From contig MQRK01244678.1 of the NCBI GenBank assembly GCA_001938485.1, forward strand, positions 1 to 57,194: a DNA stretch of 57,194 nt, read 5' to 3'. Source of the DNA: Girardia tigrina (lineage: Eukaryota). The notes under the pieces were generated by a model. That model searched no databases. It had not been told where the DNA came from and saw only the letters and a list, made by a program, of their open reading frames with translations. How positions within the stretch are numbered: the stretch's first letter is position 1; every line of letters begins with the position of its first letter. Shown in pieces: positions 25,501 through 39,664 of this stretch. The position numbers and the translations under genes are program-made.

Positions 25501-28500
25501 CGATTTTCTTTAGCATAATGTGTTATGTTTTGTTTGGTTTCGTTTTATAAATTTCGTTTTTAAAATTGAAAGATAAATTATAAATATTTGTTTTAGCAAT
25601 AACCTTTAAGGATTATAATCTATTATAAATTCAAATAACAGAAGAAAACATTTTCCAAATGCTCGTAAACATCTAAAATTTGAATTTTCATAAAATGGTG
25701 AAGTTTTTCTAAAGACAATCTACCTTCATCCTTTTCCATTCAACTTTTGGATGAATGATTTTCGCGAGAAAATAAATGCCATTTGGCGAGACTCCTTCTC
25801 TCCTCTTTTATTGTCAACGGGTAAATTGAATTGAAAATTTTACTTGAATGAAATCATGCCCACTTTATTTTGGACTTTCTCAACATTAGTCTGGTAGAAT
25901 AATTGAAATCAATTGCTTATTTCATGTGTTTAATTTGACAAAATTGATCATTTTGAAAATCAAATTAATCTTTTTTTTTATTATCGATAAAATGCATAAA
26001 TTCCGAACTCGAAATAAAAGTCAGATTCTTTGTTATCCCAATCATATCGTTGATTTTGTTTTGGTTGTCATCATCAGAATCGATCAATGAACCAGATTCA
26101 CTTCTCCAAGTCAAATCGAGTTCTAATTGTTGCTAAAAAATTTTTATATGGTTTAGAATATTGCAATATTTAGTTGAAAACTCGCAATATTTCAGAACTG
26201 CTATATTTTCACACCCAATTGAAATTATCCATTTTTTTTATTAACAACACCACAATCAATGTTGCTCAACAAAGATTTAGATAAACAAAAAACTTCAGAA
26301 TTTTCTAGATCTCAAAATAAAAGAGAAACCTTTTACCACAAATTCTCCCTATAAATATTTATATAAAATTTTTTTTTGTAAAAAAAATTTCTTATTATTC
26401 AATTTGGAAAACATCCAAAAGTGTTTTTTTTTACAAGCTGCATTATTTTTAATCCATGATTTAATTTCGAACAGATGTCTAAAATCATTTAATATATTTT
26501 TTTGGTTATTATTAAATGATTTAATATAATGTCAGATAATTTAAGAAATTCAATGACATTTCTTTAGGATATATTTAAGAATGCCCTTAGCAGTTACCAA
26601 TATTTTCATATTTTGAGATATTGTAATAGGTTTTATAACCTGATTTTTTAAAATAATTTTCCATCATCTCTTTTATTTCATTTACAGTGTAACTCTAAAC
26701 ATTTTTAATTCGGAAAACTTTACTTCAGGAAATTAATTTTTTAAATTATCTGTTTAGTACTTAAATTTTCACTGATAGGCTTTTCCATATTTAACGGTTT
26801 TTCGGTGGAAATGTATCTAAAAACCTTTCATTATTTTTTATCCTATACAAATTTCATCAAAAATTTCAATTCCAAGACAGACAAATCTCGTTTTAAGTCG
26901 ACGATGCGTTTCTGGAAACACGATGAAATACGAAACGAGGATATATTTTCTAACTGCCCTAATTGTTTTTTTAATGTTTGTCCTTTATCAAATCTTTTTA
27001 AATGTGTGATTTCGTTTTCAGAGTAACATTTAGTTTTTGTCCAGTTTGTGTCCTTATGCTTTTATACAATTTTAACTTTTTAAATCACTTTTGGCGTCTA
27101 ATTATTAAAAAAATATTTTACAACTGATGTATATTGTTAAATAAATTAACACAAAAGATAGCTTACTACATACTAAAAACTGAAAAAAATCGATTTTTCA
27201 AACGACATCTTACGAGGTTCGTTTGTAAAAATGCGTTTTAAAAAAATAAAATTGTAATATTTATAACTTTTCATGATAATTTTTTAAAGTATAATTTGGA
27301 CACAATGATCTTTTTAATTCTGTGATACAAAAGAAAATCTTTCTTACTATGTTTTTTTATTAATTTCAAAAGTCATAAAATGATTGTTACTGAAGCATTA
27401 TTATTAATGTCACATAAATCATACTTTAAAACACGTAGTGAAATATTCAGTCATTATTTTTTTTCAAACATTTTCTTTATGTACCATTATTAAGCATGTC
27501 AGATTTTGTAAAAATAATCTAAAAAAGAATTCCAAAACTTTTACGTTATATTAGGATTTTTGATAGAAAAAATTAAAATTGATCTAGAATATATTGAATT
27601 TTAGTTATGGAAAACTTCATTCTTTTAAGACCATTTTGGGTGTTCAACGTACACACAACTTTTGTAGATGTACACCCAAAAATTTAGCTATTTATAGGTA
27701 AAGCATGGATTCATTACAAAATACACACACTGCTGTTCCACCCACTCTCTCTTCCTCTCGCACATACATGTTCCTACACAAGATCATTTATAATTGTATA
27801 CTTATTTAATAAGTATAAGAAATTCTTTTATTCTTAACCCTTTGAATCCAGTGTGCATGTGTGATGTAAAAATTTTTTAGTAAAAATAAATGCTATACTG
27901 TACACCCATATTTTCTTAGATTACAATCAGTTGGAAATCTTAAAAAAATCCTTCTCTTATATAATCCCGTCATTTTTTTCTTTTTGTTAATTTTTTAAGC
28001 AAAAATATTTTTTCTATCTTTTTTTTGCTATAATACTCAAATTTATTTTGATTTTATTTAATTTCATATTTAACAGTTAAGTTAAGAATCTTGTTTTTTA
28101 AAAACAATTTTTAAAGGTAATTTAAAATAAAGTAATTGTTAATGTATAAAATGGTCTTCTTTAATAGTGACTGAAGAGATTCAAATGATTCATCATTTAC
28201 TTATTCTATAAAAAGATGCGTTGTTAACTGTACTGAGTTCATAAAATTTGATGTTTCTACTACTTTGTATGATAAAAATATTTGTTTAAAAATTCTGACC
28301 ATTGATAAGTCATTGCATTTTTATTAGTTTTTGAATAAGGCCAAGCAGTGACACTCGCAAATAAAAAGATTAAATAATCATTCCGACCATTTTTTTATGT
28401 GTATTTTCAATTTCATTCTTTAGCTTCTCTTCATTCATCCTACTTGTAAGTTGATTAAATAATGTTCGTCCATTAAATGTTACGAATGGACAAGTTTCAT

Positions 28501-28535
28501 TTCTTACGATATTCAGAAATAATTTATTGTAACTA

Positions 28536-30192
28536 CATTTACCATCCAAAAGTTTGGACTCACTTGGAAAAATTGTCTTTTTTGTATTGGTCACTTATTA
28601 TCGTTCTCAAACAGTTTCATGTAAACATAGTTTTCTAAAAATCCATTTTATTAATGACTTTTGGGCATTATTTTTTATTGATCATATAAAAATATGATGA
28701 CTTCAAGTATTTTTTTGAACTTGAATAAGTTTTTACTCGATCAATCTATACTTTGAAATTCACTCCAATGACCTCGATTGTATTTATCCTTCGATTGTCT
28801 CTTAAGTAATTATAAATATTAACACTTTGATAGTAGATATACAATTGTATATTGCGGAAGATTTTAATCAAAATTGCTGCTTTAAAATTGTAGCAAAAGA
28901 CTTAAAAATGGCAAGAGCAAAGTGAATTTCTAAAGAAAAACGTGTTTAGATATTAATTTTGAACAAGAACGGCCATTCACAGCAAAAAATACACAAATAT
29001 TGGGAGTTTCACAAAAAGGAGTTCGTACAACAGAAATTCCTTGAATCCAAATCGTTTTCCGTAAGGAAACACTCGAGATGACACAGAAAGACATCAGAAA
29101 GTGATGATAGGTATATACAAGTGTTATGTAAGCGATCTAGGCTCAATACAGTTCAATATATTACAGCGGAGATCAATCAAATGCTACCGAAGCCAATTTC
29201 CGATACAACCCTCACACATCGATTGCATGCTGTCGGTTTGTATGAACGGTCGTTACCAAAAAACCATTTTTGCTTTCTGGATATGTTCGTGAATTACTCA
29301 AATGAGCAAAAAAACATAAAAAAATGGTATAAGAAATATTACAATAGAAACAAGTATTATGGACCTATGAGTCCAAATTCGAAATTTTTGGTACCAAGCG
29401 GCGAACGTACATCCACAGAAAATTTAATGAACGGCAGGTACCTCAATGTTTGAGGTTGGAAGTGTTTTGGTATAGGGTACTTTTTGCTACGCTGCTGAGG
29501 GCGCCTTGGTGAAAATCGACGGGAAAATACAAAAATAAGACTATCATCGGATATTTCAGCGAATCGTGATTTCATCTGCTACTGATTTGTTTGGGAAAGG
29601 GTTTGTGTTTCAGTAAACTTAAGACCCAAAACATACCTCAAAATTTTGTATGAACTATTTAGGATCACAAGAAACTACAGGTACTCTTAAATCCATGAAA
29701 TGACCATCACAATCGCCGGCTGCAAATACGATGGAACTGTTGTGGGCTGAGCTTGACAGAGAGGTACAGAAACTGCGTTCTTATGGGAATGTCTGCGACA
29801 CATTTGGCAACGATTGGGACAGAATGACCCCATAAATTATTTGCAACAAAAAATTTTTCGGGGCTATCATCGGTCAACAGACATTTGTTATAAAAAAGTT
29901 TAGTATAAAAATGTTGCTATTATAAATTTTTGGCATGAAAACAATTTGGTATAAAGTATTTTTATCTTTAACTAATTTTTTTAAAAACATGGCGAATAAT
30001 GAAACGAACAGATATTTCAAATTAATCATTTTTTTATATAAATGTCTGGGTCACATTATATGTTTCTTAATATTTAATTTTTATAATGTAATTCCAAATA
30101 AATAAGTTATATAAAGCTGTTTGAGTACGATTAAAGTGATAAATACAAAAAGACGATTTTTCAGATGAGTCCAAACTTTTGCAGGGTAGCAT
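28536..30192 (+). mobile_element. Degenerate Tc1-like (DD34E) element
   Basis: Imperfect long TIRs (TACCATCCAAAAGTTTGGACTCA... / ...TGAGTCCAAACTTTTGCAGGGTAG). The transposase relic from 28908 has FVFQ*T*DPKHTS and *PSQSPAANTMELLWAELDR. Confidence 0.88.
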
Positions 30193-30328
30193 ATATATGT
30201 AAATTAAAATGACGTTGTAATTAGAGTTTTAAGAAGGACTGTTTGTTACCTTGTGTTTAGTTATGCACATTTTTCAAATTAAAAATATGAATTTTATATC
30301 TGAAGTTTCTGAAATATTGTTTTTATAG

Positions 30329-30476
30329 AAATCCAAGGATTTATGGGTGATAGAAAGAGCAAGCATTCTCCCACAGAACTTGTTAACTCAATAATTCAAA
30401 AAGGCCTAAATTATTATCCGCTCCGAGATGAAATATTCATGCAAATCTGCAAACAAACCACAAATAATCCTGACGA
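30329..30476 (+). CDS. arhgap39: ARHGAP39-like MyTH4 exon (IQGFMGDR...LRDEIFMQICKQTTNNPD)
   Basis: MyTH4 hallmarks MGD and LRDEIxxQIxKQTTxN; tttatag acceptor and ga|gttagt donor (phase 1 to 2). Confidence 0.93.
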
Positions 30477-30540
30477 GTTAGTTTTATTTTTTTAAAAATT
30501 ATTATTATCAATATTATTAGTAATTGTGTTGGTAAATTAT

Positions 30541-30936
30541 TTTTATTACAAGCTTTTATTACGTTTCATTTGTTTGTCTGTCTGTCTGGATGCATCAAAT
30601 CTTGCGATCGAAAATTCATCCACTTCCCCTTCACCTAGCGACATGAAACTTTCAGGACTGATGTATTCTAGGTGACAATACATTTTTTCACTGTCACTGC
30701 TCATCTACCGGCTTTAGTTTGGCCGCAAAAAGTAATTAAAGTGTCGTTCTCATGTTTTCCTCAGTAGTAGGCTTTGAAATTTGCTACATCTAAATGCAAA
30801 TAGAAAGTGGGTTTTCGTCTAGTAGGCTTTGATAATTCAGTCAAAAAATGTGGGAAGTGGGCGAAATAGATACAGAACGGCAAACATATGACACATTATA
30901 AAAGCTTGTACACCACAATTTTTTTGGTATGATTAT
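30541..30936 (+). mobile_element. Helentron-associated (HINE/DINE-1-like) non-autonomous element, family A
   Basis: Subterminal IRs TACAAGCTTTTAT / ATAAAAGCTTGTA, a (GTCT)n tract near the 5' end, a 3' stem-loop and a T-rich insertion site. A second copy lies at 45753-46146. Confidence 0.75.
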
Positions 30937-30976
30937 ACTTTTTATTTAAAACAAACACTTAAAACAAGGTGTTATA

Positions 30977-31547
30977 CAGTCTCACCTCGTTAAGACACCA
31001 CTCGTTAAACCGTCTAGAAATTCCTGGCACCGTTTTAAATACTATTGGAAACCCCTTTGAACCGCCACTCCCTCGAAGTCCACCAACCGCCAATACAAAA
31101 TAAGAATACAAATATATAGATCCCTCTTTAAACCGCCAAAGTAAGTGTAAGATGAGTTTTTGTAAGATACCCTTTGAGAAAAAAATGTGGATATAAAGGA
31201 ATTTAGATTTAGATAATAATGTTGTAAAAGGAATTACTGATTCCTTGAAAAATGTGAATCAAGTTTTAGTCATATGAATTAAAAATATTGAGAAAATTAG
31301 GTACAGTTCATGTTTATCAAGAGAATTAATTCGTAACGAAATTAAGAAATTATGATTTCTAAAATTAATTGTAAAAAATTGGATATTAATGTTGTAAAAG
31401 GAGCTACTGATGCCTTGAAAAATATGAATAAAATTTTAATCATATGAATTTATAATATAAATTTAAAATATTGAGAAAATAGATACAGTTCGTTAAACCG
31501 CCATTTTTTTCTGGAACCAAGTGTGGCGGCTTAACGAGTTGAGACTG
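30977..31547. mobile_element. pogo/Tigger-type MITE
   Basis: TA-CAGTCTCACCTCGTTAAGACACCAC ... GTGGCGGCTTAACGAGTTGAGACTG-TA, with an internal ~100-bp direct repeat. Confidence 0.88.
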
Positions 31548-32181
31548 TAATTACTGTCGATATATGTTACGAAATGTTTTAAAATCTAGAATGTTAATAT
31601 ATTTTTTTTATTATTTTATAAAGATATTTGTGTTTAAATATATATAATGCCTAATTTTCTTATCCATTAATGACTTAAATCCACCAAAGATAATCGCAGT
31701 CGTGATAATAGTATTAATTTTCAATTCATCAATGGTCGTATGAAGCCGCTTTCGTAAAACTATCATTGGAACAATTATCAGCATCGTTAGCATTTACTAT
31801 CTGCATGAAGATATTATGATAAATTATAATTTAATTTGATAGAACTGCAATATTATCGTGACAACATCAATTTGGTCCTTCAAATTTGCATATTTATTAT
31901 TTCTAGTTTTTATTTATTCTTATTGATTCTTACAGTTTGAATTTATAACAGTTTAAAAAACGTTGATAAAACTAAAGGACAATGATTTGTTTTTTTTGAA
32001 TATTTTCCTTAGAAATTTTTGACAAATATTCTTTGTAATTTGTTTCAATGGTATTTTTTTTAATTGATTCACAATTTTAAAATTTGTATTAATATGAAAA
32101 AAAACTTTTTCATGGTCAAACGATCAGTATTTTCAATTTAGAACAAGTAACACTGAGGCTCTATGGGAAATAAATGTACTA

Positions 32182-32467
32182 CCGTTTTACCTCGAAAAAA
32201 GCGCCTAGATGTTGTGTTCGAATAGTACACATACTGGGCGCATAATTCGAATAAAGCACACTGCGTAATATTCGAGAGAAGCTTAAATATTTATCAAAAA
32301 CAATTTTGTAGAGTAAATCATTAAAAAACATTTTTTTAAAATTAATTTTAATAAAAAATATTTAATCAATTTAAAATTTGGTTCAATCTTTTTTTCATTT
32401 TTTACAAATAATGATTTTTTGTTTATCTCGAATACAACGACTAGGTGATTTTTTCGAGGTAAGACGG
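32182..32467. mobile_element. Tc1/mariner-superfamily (pogo/Tc2-like, CCGT ends) MITE
   Basis: TA-CCGTTTTACCTCGAAAAAA ... TTTTTTCGAGGTAAGACGG-TA. A decayed partial copy lies at ~37278-37385. Confidence 0.85.
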
Positions 32468-33206
32468 TAGTAATAATCTTGCTCATCTTAACTGCGACAT
32501 GTTTTGTTTTTTTAACCTAATAAATCGTTCACTTAAAATAATCTTTTTGCAATTTATTTCTTTTAAATCACTTTTAGTAAATAATTTATTTCAAATTGAA
32601 TACCTATTTTTTATTTGGAACATTATTAAAGTCTTACATTTTCAAATAGTTTGTAATCAAACTATTTTATTTCAAATTTTATTACAAATATTTCATTCCA
32701 AACTTATAAAGTTTATTTTGATTTACAAAAATGTTTTTATCAAATTTAATTACCATTTTTAATTTAAATTATTTTATAATAAATTTCCATTTTTTTATAA
32801 TAAAAATCTCTATTAACTTATTTTATTTTAATCGTAAAATTATTATATTTTAATGTGTGATATATTTTTTAATGTTTTTGAAATTTCTTTTTTAGATTTA
32901 ATTCAAAAATTTATGAGTTTACCAAAATCTTAACAATAATGAATAATTATAATTTTGAAATTCATAAATCTTTCTTAAATTCTTATATTCCGGATCCAAC
33001 ATTATGTATATTCATGCTGTCTTAATAACTAGTCGTTAATATCATATATTCCTTATCAAAATGACTTCTGTTTTATAATACACAAAAGAATTAATAGCTG
33101 AAATTGATGATTAACTGTTAAACTTTGTATCTTCTCTTATATTCAATAGTTCATTCTTGTTTTGTTTCAACTCAATATAAATTAACTTCATAAATTTCTA
33201 TTTTAG

Positions 33207-33564
33207 TCTTAGTACTCTTCGTGGATGGGAGCTCTTGCGTAATTGTCTAAATTATTTCGCTCCATCTCCAATGTTCCGACCATACCTAGAAGGTTACGTA
33301 TTACGACATCTTGATAATTCACACACAAACGAATGCCCTACTCCACCTGCTATTCAGCAAGCTGCTGAACAGACTCTTCATATTCTTAACCGACAGACAA
33401 ACGCCGCGGCTCGTATGGATCAGTACCAGTTTCAGCAACAACAGCAGCAGCAACAACAACAGATGATGATGATGGCTAATATGCAAACGATGTCTGGTCA
33501 AAAGAACCATTTACCAGTGCATTTATATGAATCTGGAGACAATTCAGACGATTCAGCTTCTCAA
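33207..33564 (+). CDS. arhgap39: ARHGAP39-like exon: MyTH4 end plus polyQ/polyM linker
   Basis: STLRGWELLRNCLNYFAPSPMFRPYLEGYVLRHLD; ttttag acceptor (phase 2) and caa|gtgagt donor (phase 0). Confidence 0.93.
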
Positions 33565-34809
33565 GTGAGTTCTTTTTGATATTAGGATTTACTATTTACG
33601 TCTTTTTTATTATTACAACAGTATTTTTTGTTGCATTAATTATTATTTTTAATTATTTCTGTAATTAATTTGACAAAATTATCTTGTTTATATTCATTAC
33701 TGACATTTATGTATGATATAATTGTCTTTTTAATGGAAATTTAAAAGCAATATTGACGCATTAGTTGAACAAAACATGTGGTTGGATCAGTCATTTTTAT
33801 ATACTTTTGCTATTACAGTGTAATCGAAGATATTTTGATAATTCTAGTAAATAATATAATGTTACATTATCTTTGATTTGATTACTTCTACCGATTGAAC
33901 ATAAATTCTCTACGCTATTAGTGCAGTCAAAATTAGCACATAGAAATTCTGTTTCGCTAGTGCTTTCTTTAGTGAAATGAATAATCTTTCAAATTTTCCA
34001 TTCGAGATTTTACAATATTTATGTTTCAGACTTACTTAGTCCTCGAATTTCTGTTTACAAAGTTGTCATTTGTCTTACAAAATGTTTTAACTATGTTAAT
34101 ACGCTTTCTTCCAAAGTAAAATTAATAAAATTGGTCATTTTTAGTCAAAAGATCATTGCGATAGGGAATAGCATTTTTATAGTCGAATGGTTAAAGGAAT
34201 TTCTAAATTAACTACATTCTTAAGACAATTGATTTTTTTCTTTGGTTTCTATATATATAAATAGTTGTTTGTTGTATTTGTCCCATTTGTGCATTCTTTG
34301 GGCGAGTTTCGTTAAATTAAATTAAATTAACTAAAAATTTAATGTAAGTTGCTCTGTTAAAATTAGTCACATTTAAAAGAATAGAAATAAATTATTCCAA
34401 TTTTGTTTAAGCTAAGTGAATATGTTTTTGCTATTAGTGGACTTCTTTTACTCGTTTTAAAATACCTTGGCCCTCAACTATTTCTTTTTTGGAAAAAGAA
34501 TTTACTGATACAATATTATTAACAACATTTACAAAATAGTAGAAATACATACAATAATATCAATTTCACACTCTTAAAACCTCAAGTAGAGACCCTTTTA
34601 TTTATGTTTGAAAGCATTATCAAATTCTCTTTGAATTTCGATCATTCTCATTTACACAGCGCGAATTGTCCAAAATCAAAGATCTCTCATAACAATCAAA
34701 TGAAACACTCAACATATTCGCACTGTTTTGAAAATCTTTGGAATGTCGTTATAAATAACAAAATGGCGATTGTTTAAATATTTTTGTCAAATATCGATAT
34801 TTCACTATT

Positions 34810-35095
34810 TTTCTATTCTTTTTATTAGCTTACTTTCTAAAAATTTAATAAATGATTATGTGAAAATTTGATCGAAAAATACTTTTTAAGGTCCCAAAAT
34901 GGGAAAAAAACGGAAAATTCGGATTTCCTGAACAATATTAATTGAAAAAGATCTACTTATAAATTATAAGTAGTTTATATTAATTTTTTATTGTTTTTTT
35001 ATTATTTTTTTAATTAAAACTTTGTTGGCAAAGTAGAATTCTGTCTGCATAAAGAATGGGCATAAAAAATTTAATTTTTTGATTTACTAGTTGTT
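34810..35095 (+). repeat. Interspersed repeat family B (HINE-like), internally deleted copy
   Basis: Shares ttttattagcttactttcta, aaatgattatgt.aaaatttgatcgaaaaa and gaacaatattaattg with the copies at 35.8-36.2 kb and 42.2-42.56 kb. Confidence 0.8.
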
Positions 35096-35807
35096 TTTGA
35101 ATTGAATCTATAGCTTTTGAAATTAAAAACTGGTTTTTTATTTGACAAATTCGGTTGGAGAGGTACTGTTGCTCGGAGGCAATTTTCGATTTTTGTTCTT
35201 GGATAAAACTATCGATATCAATACTCACATTCATAATATTTCAAAACAAACAAGAAATCCCTTAAATTCGTAATATTTATTAATTTACAACATTTTTGCA
35301 ACACAGTAAAACAACTAAAATTTAGAACTTTCCAATTCACAAAATAATTTTTTATCAATTGAGAATAATAATTGTTTTAGTTTTAAAAAAACTTTATGTT
35401 AATAAAAAATATCTTTTTTAATTTTAATTTGAAAATGTTTTATTTTAAACTCAAACAACACACTAATATTATTTTAAGTTTATTATATTTTTTAAAAAAT
35501 AACTTGAAATTTATTATGCTTTGGGGAGTCACCCATTACTCGGGAAAATACTTACACCATCTGAGAGAAAGCGAGAGGCTAGGATTTTGACTAAAGCCTC
35601 ATATGTAAGCTTCGTTTAATCATGTAATTTAGCTCATCGCTTGCTGTATCAAATAGATGATTTTATAACACAAAATAATTTCTTGCACTTTATATTTAAA
35701 GATTAATATTTAAAATTTTATAATTTTAAACTAATATAAATAAAATTTTATTTTATCAGTCATCAAATTAAAAGTGAGTATCGAAAATTAAGATAAACAA
35801 TAGGAAT

Positions 35808-36202
35808 TAAACTAGTAAATCAAAAAATTAATTTTTTTATGTTCATTATTTATGCAGTCAGTCTATTTTACCAACAAAGTCTTTAAAATTTAAAAAATTT
35901 TAATTAAAAAATACACATTCAAAATTAATATAAACTACTTATAATTTATAAGTAGATATTTTGCAATTAATATTGTTCGGGAACTCCGAATATTCCGTTT
36001 TTTTCAATTTTGGGATCTTAAACAGTTTTTTTCGATCAAATTTTTACATAATCATTTACTGTCATCGAGAATGAGTAAGTGTGCAAAGTTTGAAGAAAAT
36101 CGATTGAGGAAAAAGCCTTCAAAACAGGTTTCTAAATTCCATGGATATATATATATATATATATACCTATATAGAAAGTAAGCTAATAAAAAGAATGGAA
36201 AA
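35808..36202 (-). repeat. Interspersed repeat family B, inverted copy with (TA)n
   Basis: Reverse complement of 42205-42557 over ~350 bp. Confidence 0.85.
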
Positions 36203-37444
36203 ATAGTAAAAGTAGTCGAACAATTTCATACCCATACATTTTTTGGCTAACTAAATGTGACTTGAATCGGAAACAACGAATGTAGCTTTTTGTAGAAATT
36301 TGTCATATCTATATCATTTTCACATTATGCTATTATAAATATAATTTTGCTGTATCGATGAAATATTAATCTCACAAAGTTAAAAAAGAAAAACAATACG
36401 AAGAAGCTGAACAGTTAAATATTTCTGGATTAAAAGTCAAAAATAAAATGACACATGGGTTGTATTTTCTATTAATAATTATTGACGAAAACTTTAGTAG
36501 AAAAGTTATCACAAGTGATATCACCGCAAAGTAATAGTTGGCGGAAGCATGTCGTATATGTGATACCATCGGTTTGTAGTTATAATTAAGGTACAAATTT
36601 TGTGTCATCTATCATTGTAGTGTCAATAAATATTATATATTAATGTTAAATCTTTATTCATGATTTATTTTACGTTTAATGATTATGTTCAAAACCAAGA
36701 TTTTACAAGTTCTTTTCCAATTTTCTAATTATATTCAAACACCTAAGTAATGGAATTATTTTGATTGTTTTAGAGTACCTTCATTTGCACAAAAAAACCC
36801 TTGAAGATAAGAAAAAGTCTTCTCTTTGTATAAGAATCGCCTATTTGAACAAATTGAAATAAATGTCATTCAAATAAACTTTGATATTGTTATTTCTTCA
36901 TTTTTGACTACCTTTTTTACTACATTAACTATAGGAATTGATCATGCTTAGCGTAGAAACCGTAAAAAAGGCGTTATTTTATATAATATACCGTTTGATT
37001 TCGTATAATTCTGTGAGGGATAGCTTTTCACAAATCAGCTCCTTGAAAGTCAAAATATTTGTTATTGAAAACTAAAAATGTATTCAAATGATAATTATGA
37101 TTTAAATGCACAAAATTGTTAAATAGGAATGTTTTATAAAAAATGTACAAATTTTAATTTGTATGTTCAAACTCCAAGCTGTGTAACTTATTTTGCTCTA
37201 CTGGATTTATGTTTTTAAGTCCTAGCAAAGGAATGAAAAAAAGTTCTTTTTACGGGTAAAAATAATTTATTAAAGATGTGTCTTACATAAAAACGCCTGA
37301 GTTGTGTTTAAATAGTATACATAATGGTCGCACAATTCGAATAAAGCGTTCAGAGCCTAATGCTCGAGAGAAATTCAAATATTTCTCACAAAGGTTATTA
37401 AAGGATTTAGTACATGTATTTATGGTTTTCAAATAACATATTTA

Positions 37445-39154
37445 TAACATGCATTAAAAAAATTTTTTTAGATGTCTCAAATATTTTAATTGTTTTAACA
37501 TAATTCGAAAACGCTGATTTCAAATATGTACATGGAATATTTCTATCACATCAGAATTTTTCACAAATTCAATTTTAACATTTTTATTTTTTACTGATTT
37601 TAAACATTCTAGCTTCAAGATTATTTAAAAAATAATAATTAGTTAATTTTTTTACAAAAAATTTATAAAATGTTAAGTACAAAAGCATAAAACTTTAAAT
37701 TAAGGACAAAAACTTCTTCTTGATTTTCTCCAATATTTTTTCCCATTGATCTGCCCTGCTATCCCACTAACATAGAAAACATGGAAGCTTAGTATAGCCT
37801 CCTTGCTAGTAGAATTTGGCCTAATAGAATTCCAATTATTTTGAAATCACCACATATGCTCATCGTACATGATGTTTTGAAGAAGCACCACCATGTTGTC
37901 ATAAGTTTCTTTCAAATGAATAGAATATGCAATTGGCACAGATACATAAATATTTCCATTATACAAAAGAACTGCTTTGAGACTTCGTTTGGAAGAGTCA
38001 ATAAAAATCTCCATTCATTGGTATCATACATAACTCCCAACTCAGTAATCAATCCAGGTATATTTGAACAATAATCAAGGGAATCAACTTAAATTTCCTA
38101 AGTAGGGATAAAAATTTTATAAATTCTGCTTCACGATTTCTATACCATGAAAAAGATGTTTCAGGTTCTAGTACATTCTTAGTCTTTAAACGTGATCCCA
38201 GTAACTCTGATGAAATTTTTGATAAATTCAAATCTCGAACAAGGTTGTTTAATTCAGCCTGAGAAAATGCTCCTCTAGAATCTGAATTGCTAAGTGAAAA
38301 ATTGTCTTTATCAGTTTCAACAACATCGTCAGAATTTGATTAATCATTTGACAAAACTTCTGCAATGTCAATTGGTATCAGAACAGGAATGTCATCTCCA
38401 TGAGGTACTGGTCTCAATGCTGAAGGCAAATTAGGATATGATAAATCTTTTTTATTCTTGTTATTAAAGCCTTTGATATTTACCACGCAGAAGTAACAGT
38501 CGTCTGTGTAATTTGTGGGTTTACGCCAAATCATTGGAATTCCAAAACTTAAAGAAGTTTTCAAACCTCTGCTCCAACGTCTTAGTCCTTCTACAGATGT
38601 TCTGCTTAAAACATGAGGTGCCCATAGTTTAACTTGATCACCTAATTTTATTTTAAAATATGTATGATAAATTTTTTTCACAAATCCATTGATGGACTGC
38701 CTTTGCTTCTGATAAATATAACAAAATGAATTTGGAGAATTCAAACAAAATCTTCTGGAACTCGACCTAGTAGCCGTGTTAAATCAAATGAATTAAAATG
38801 AATACAAATTTCAATTAAATAATTAATTTATTTTAATTAAATGGGCAGGCCTAGATTTTGATGATATAAGCGATTTCATGTACATATGTGTGTGTCTGTA
38901 TGTATACAACATTTTCCATGTGAGTAATGAATATATACACAGATACATGCACATATATATTGGATTATATCATTGAAATATCGACTTTACCTGGATTATG
39001 GAATGTATTTCAGTTATATGATGTTTTAAAACATTTTTTTTGGAAAAAACTGCACGTGACAGAAAAAAATGGATTACATATTTGAAATCAGCACATTGAA
39101 ATCTATTAGAAACAAGTTGCATTTTTGAAAAATCTGATATCATGCATACCAGAG
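37445..39154 (-). mobile_element. Chapaev3-like DNA transposon, internally deleted
   Basis: NSPNSFCYI...KLGDQ.K.WAPHV...FGIPMIWRKPTNYTDDCYFC...YPNLPSALRPVPH, then LFIDSSKRSLKAVLL and GQQGGYTK. Subterminal IRs at 37511-37548 and 39055-39092. The family name is from recall. Confidence 0.72.
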
Positions 39155-39664
39155 TAATTTAATACATTGGTTCACTTTTTCGATAACAATCATATTTCAT
39201 AAGTAAGGTGTTTGAAAATTTCAAAATTTTACCCTTTAGGTAATTTCTTATGAATTAAATAATGTAAATTTAAATGTTCAGATATATTTATTTGTTTAAA
39301 TAATTTAATCTTTAGGGTAGCTATATTGTTGTTATTTTCTTATAATTATACTTTCGTATGTAAATAGTCGAAAATGTTGTCTTTCAAATCTGTAACAAAA
39401 TATTTTGTCTTCTTTCGTATTTTAGCAACAGATTTTTTTAATATTGAAAAACCTCAGTCCATTGAAAGCTTTTTTCAATAACTATTTCGATATTGACACT
39501 TGGATGGTGACTTTTGCAGACAAAATCTATTCGAATGATGACTGATTTTTTTGAATTGATCAAAGATAATTTCTTATGGTTCATAAACATTTAAACCGCA
39601 AAATAGTGTTTTAAAATTTTGTGTGTTTGATTAGAGTATATATTTTATAAGTTATTAATGTACT

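Noticed and set aside
25350-27100. Possible decayed minus-strand transposase
   Set aside because: The composition looks coding-like, but I found no recognisable motif or termini.
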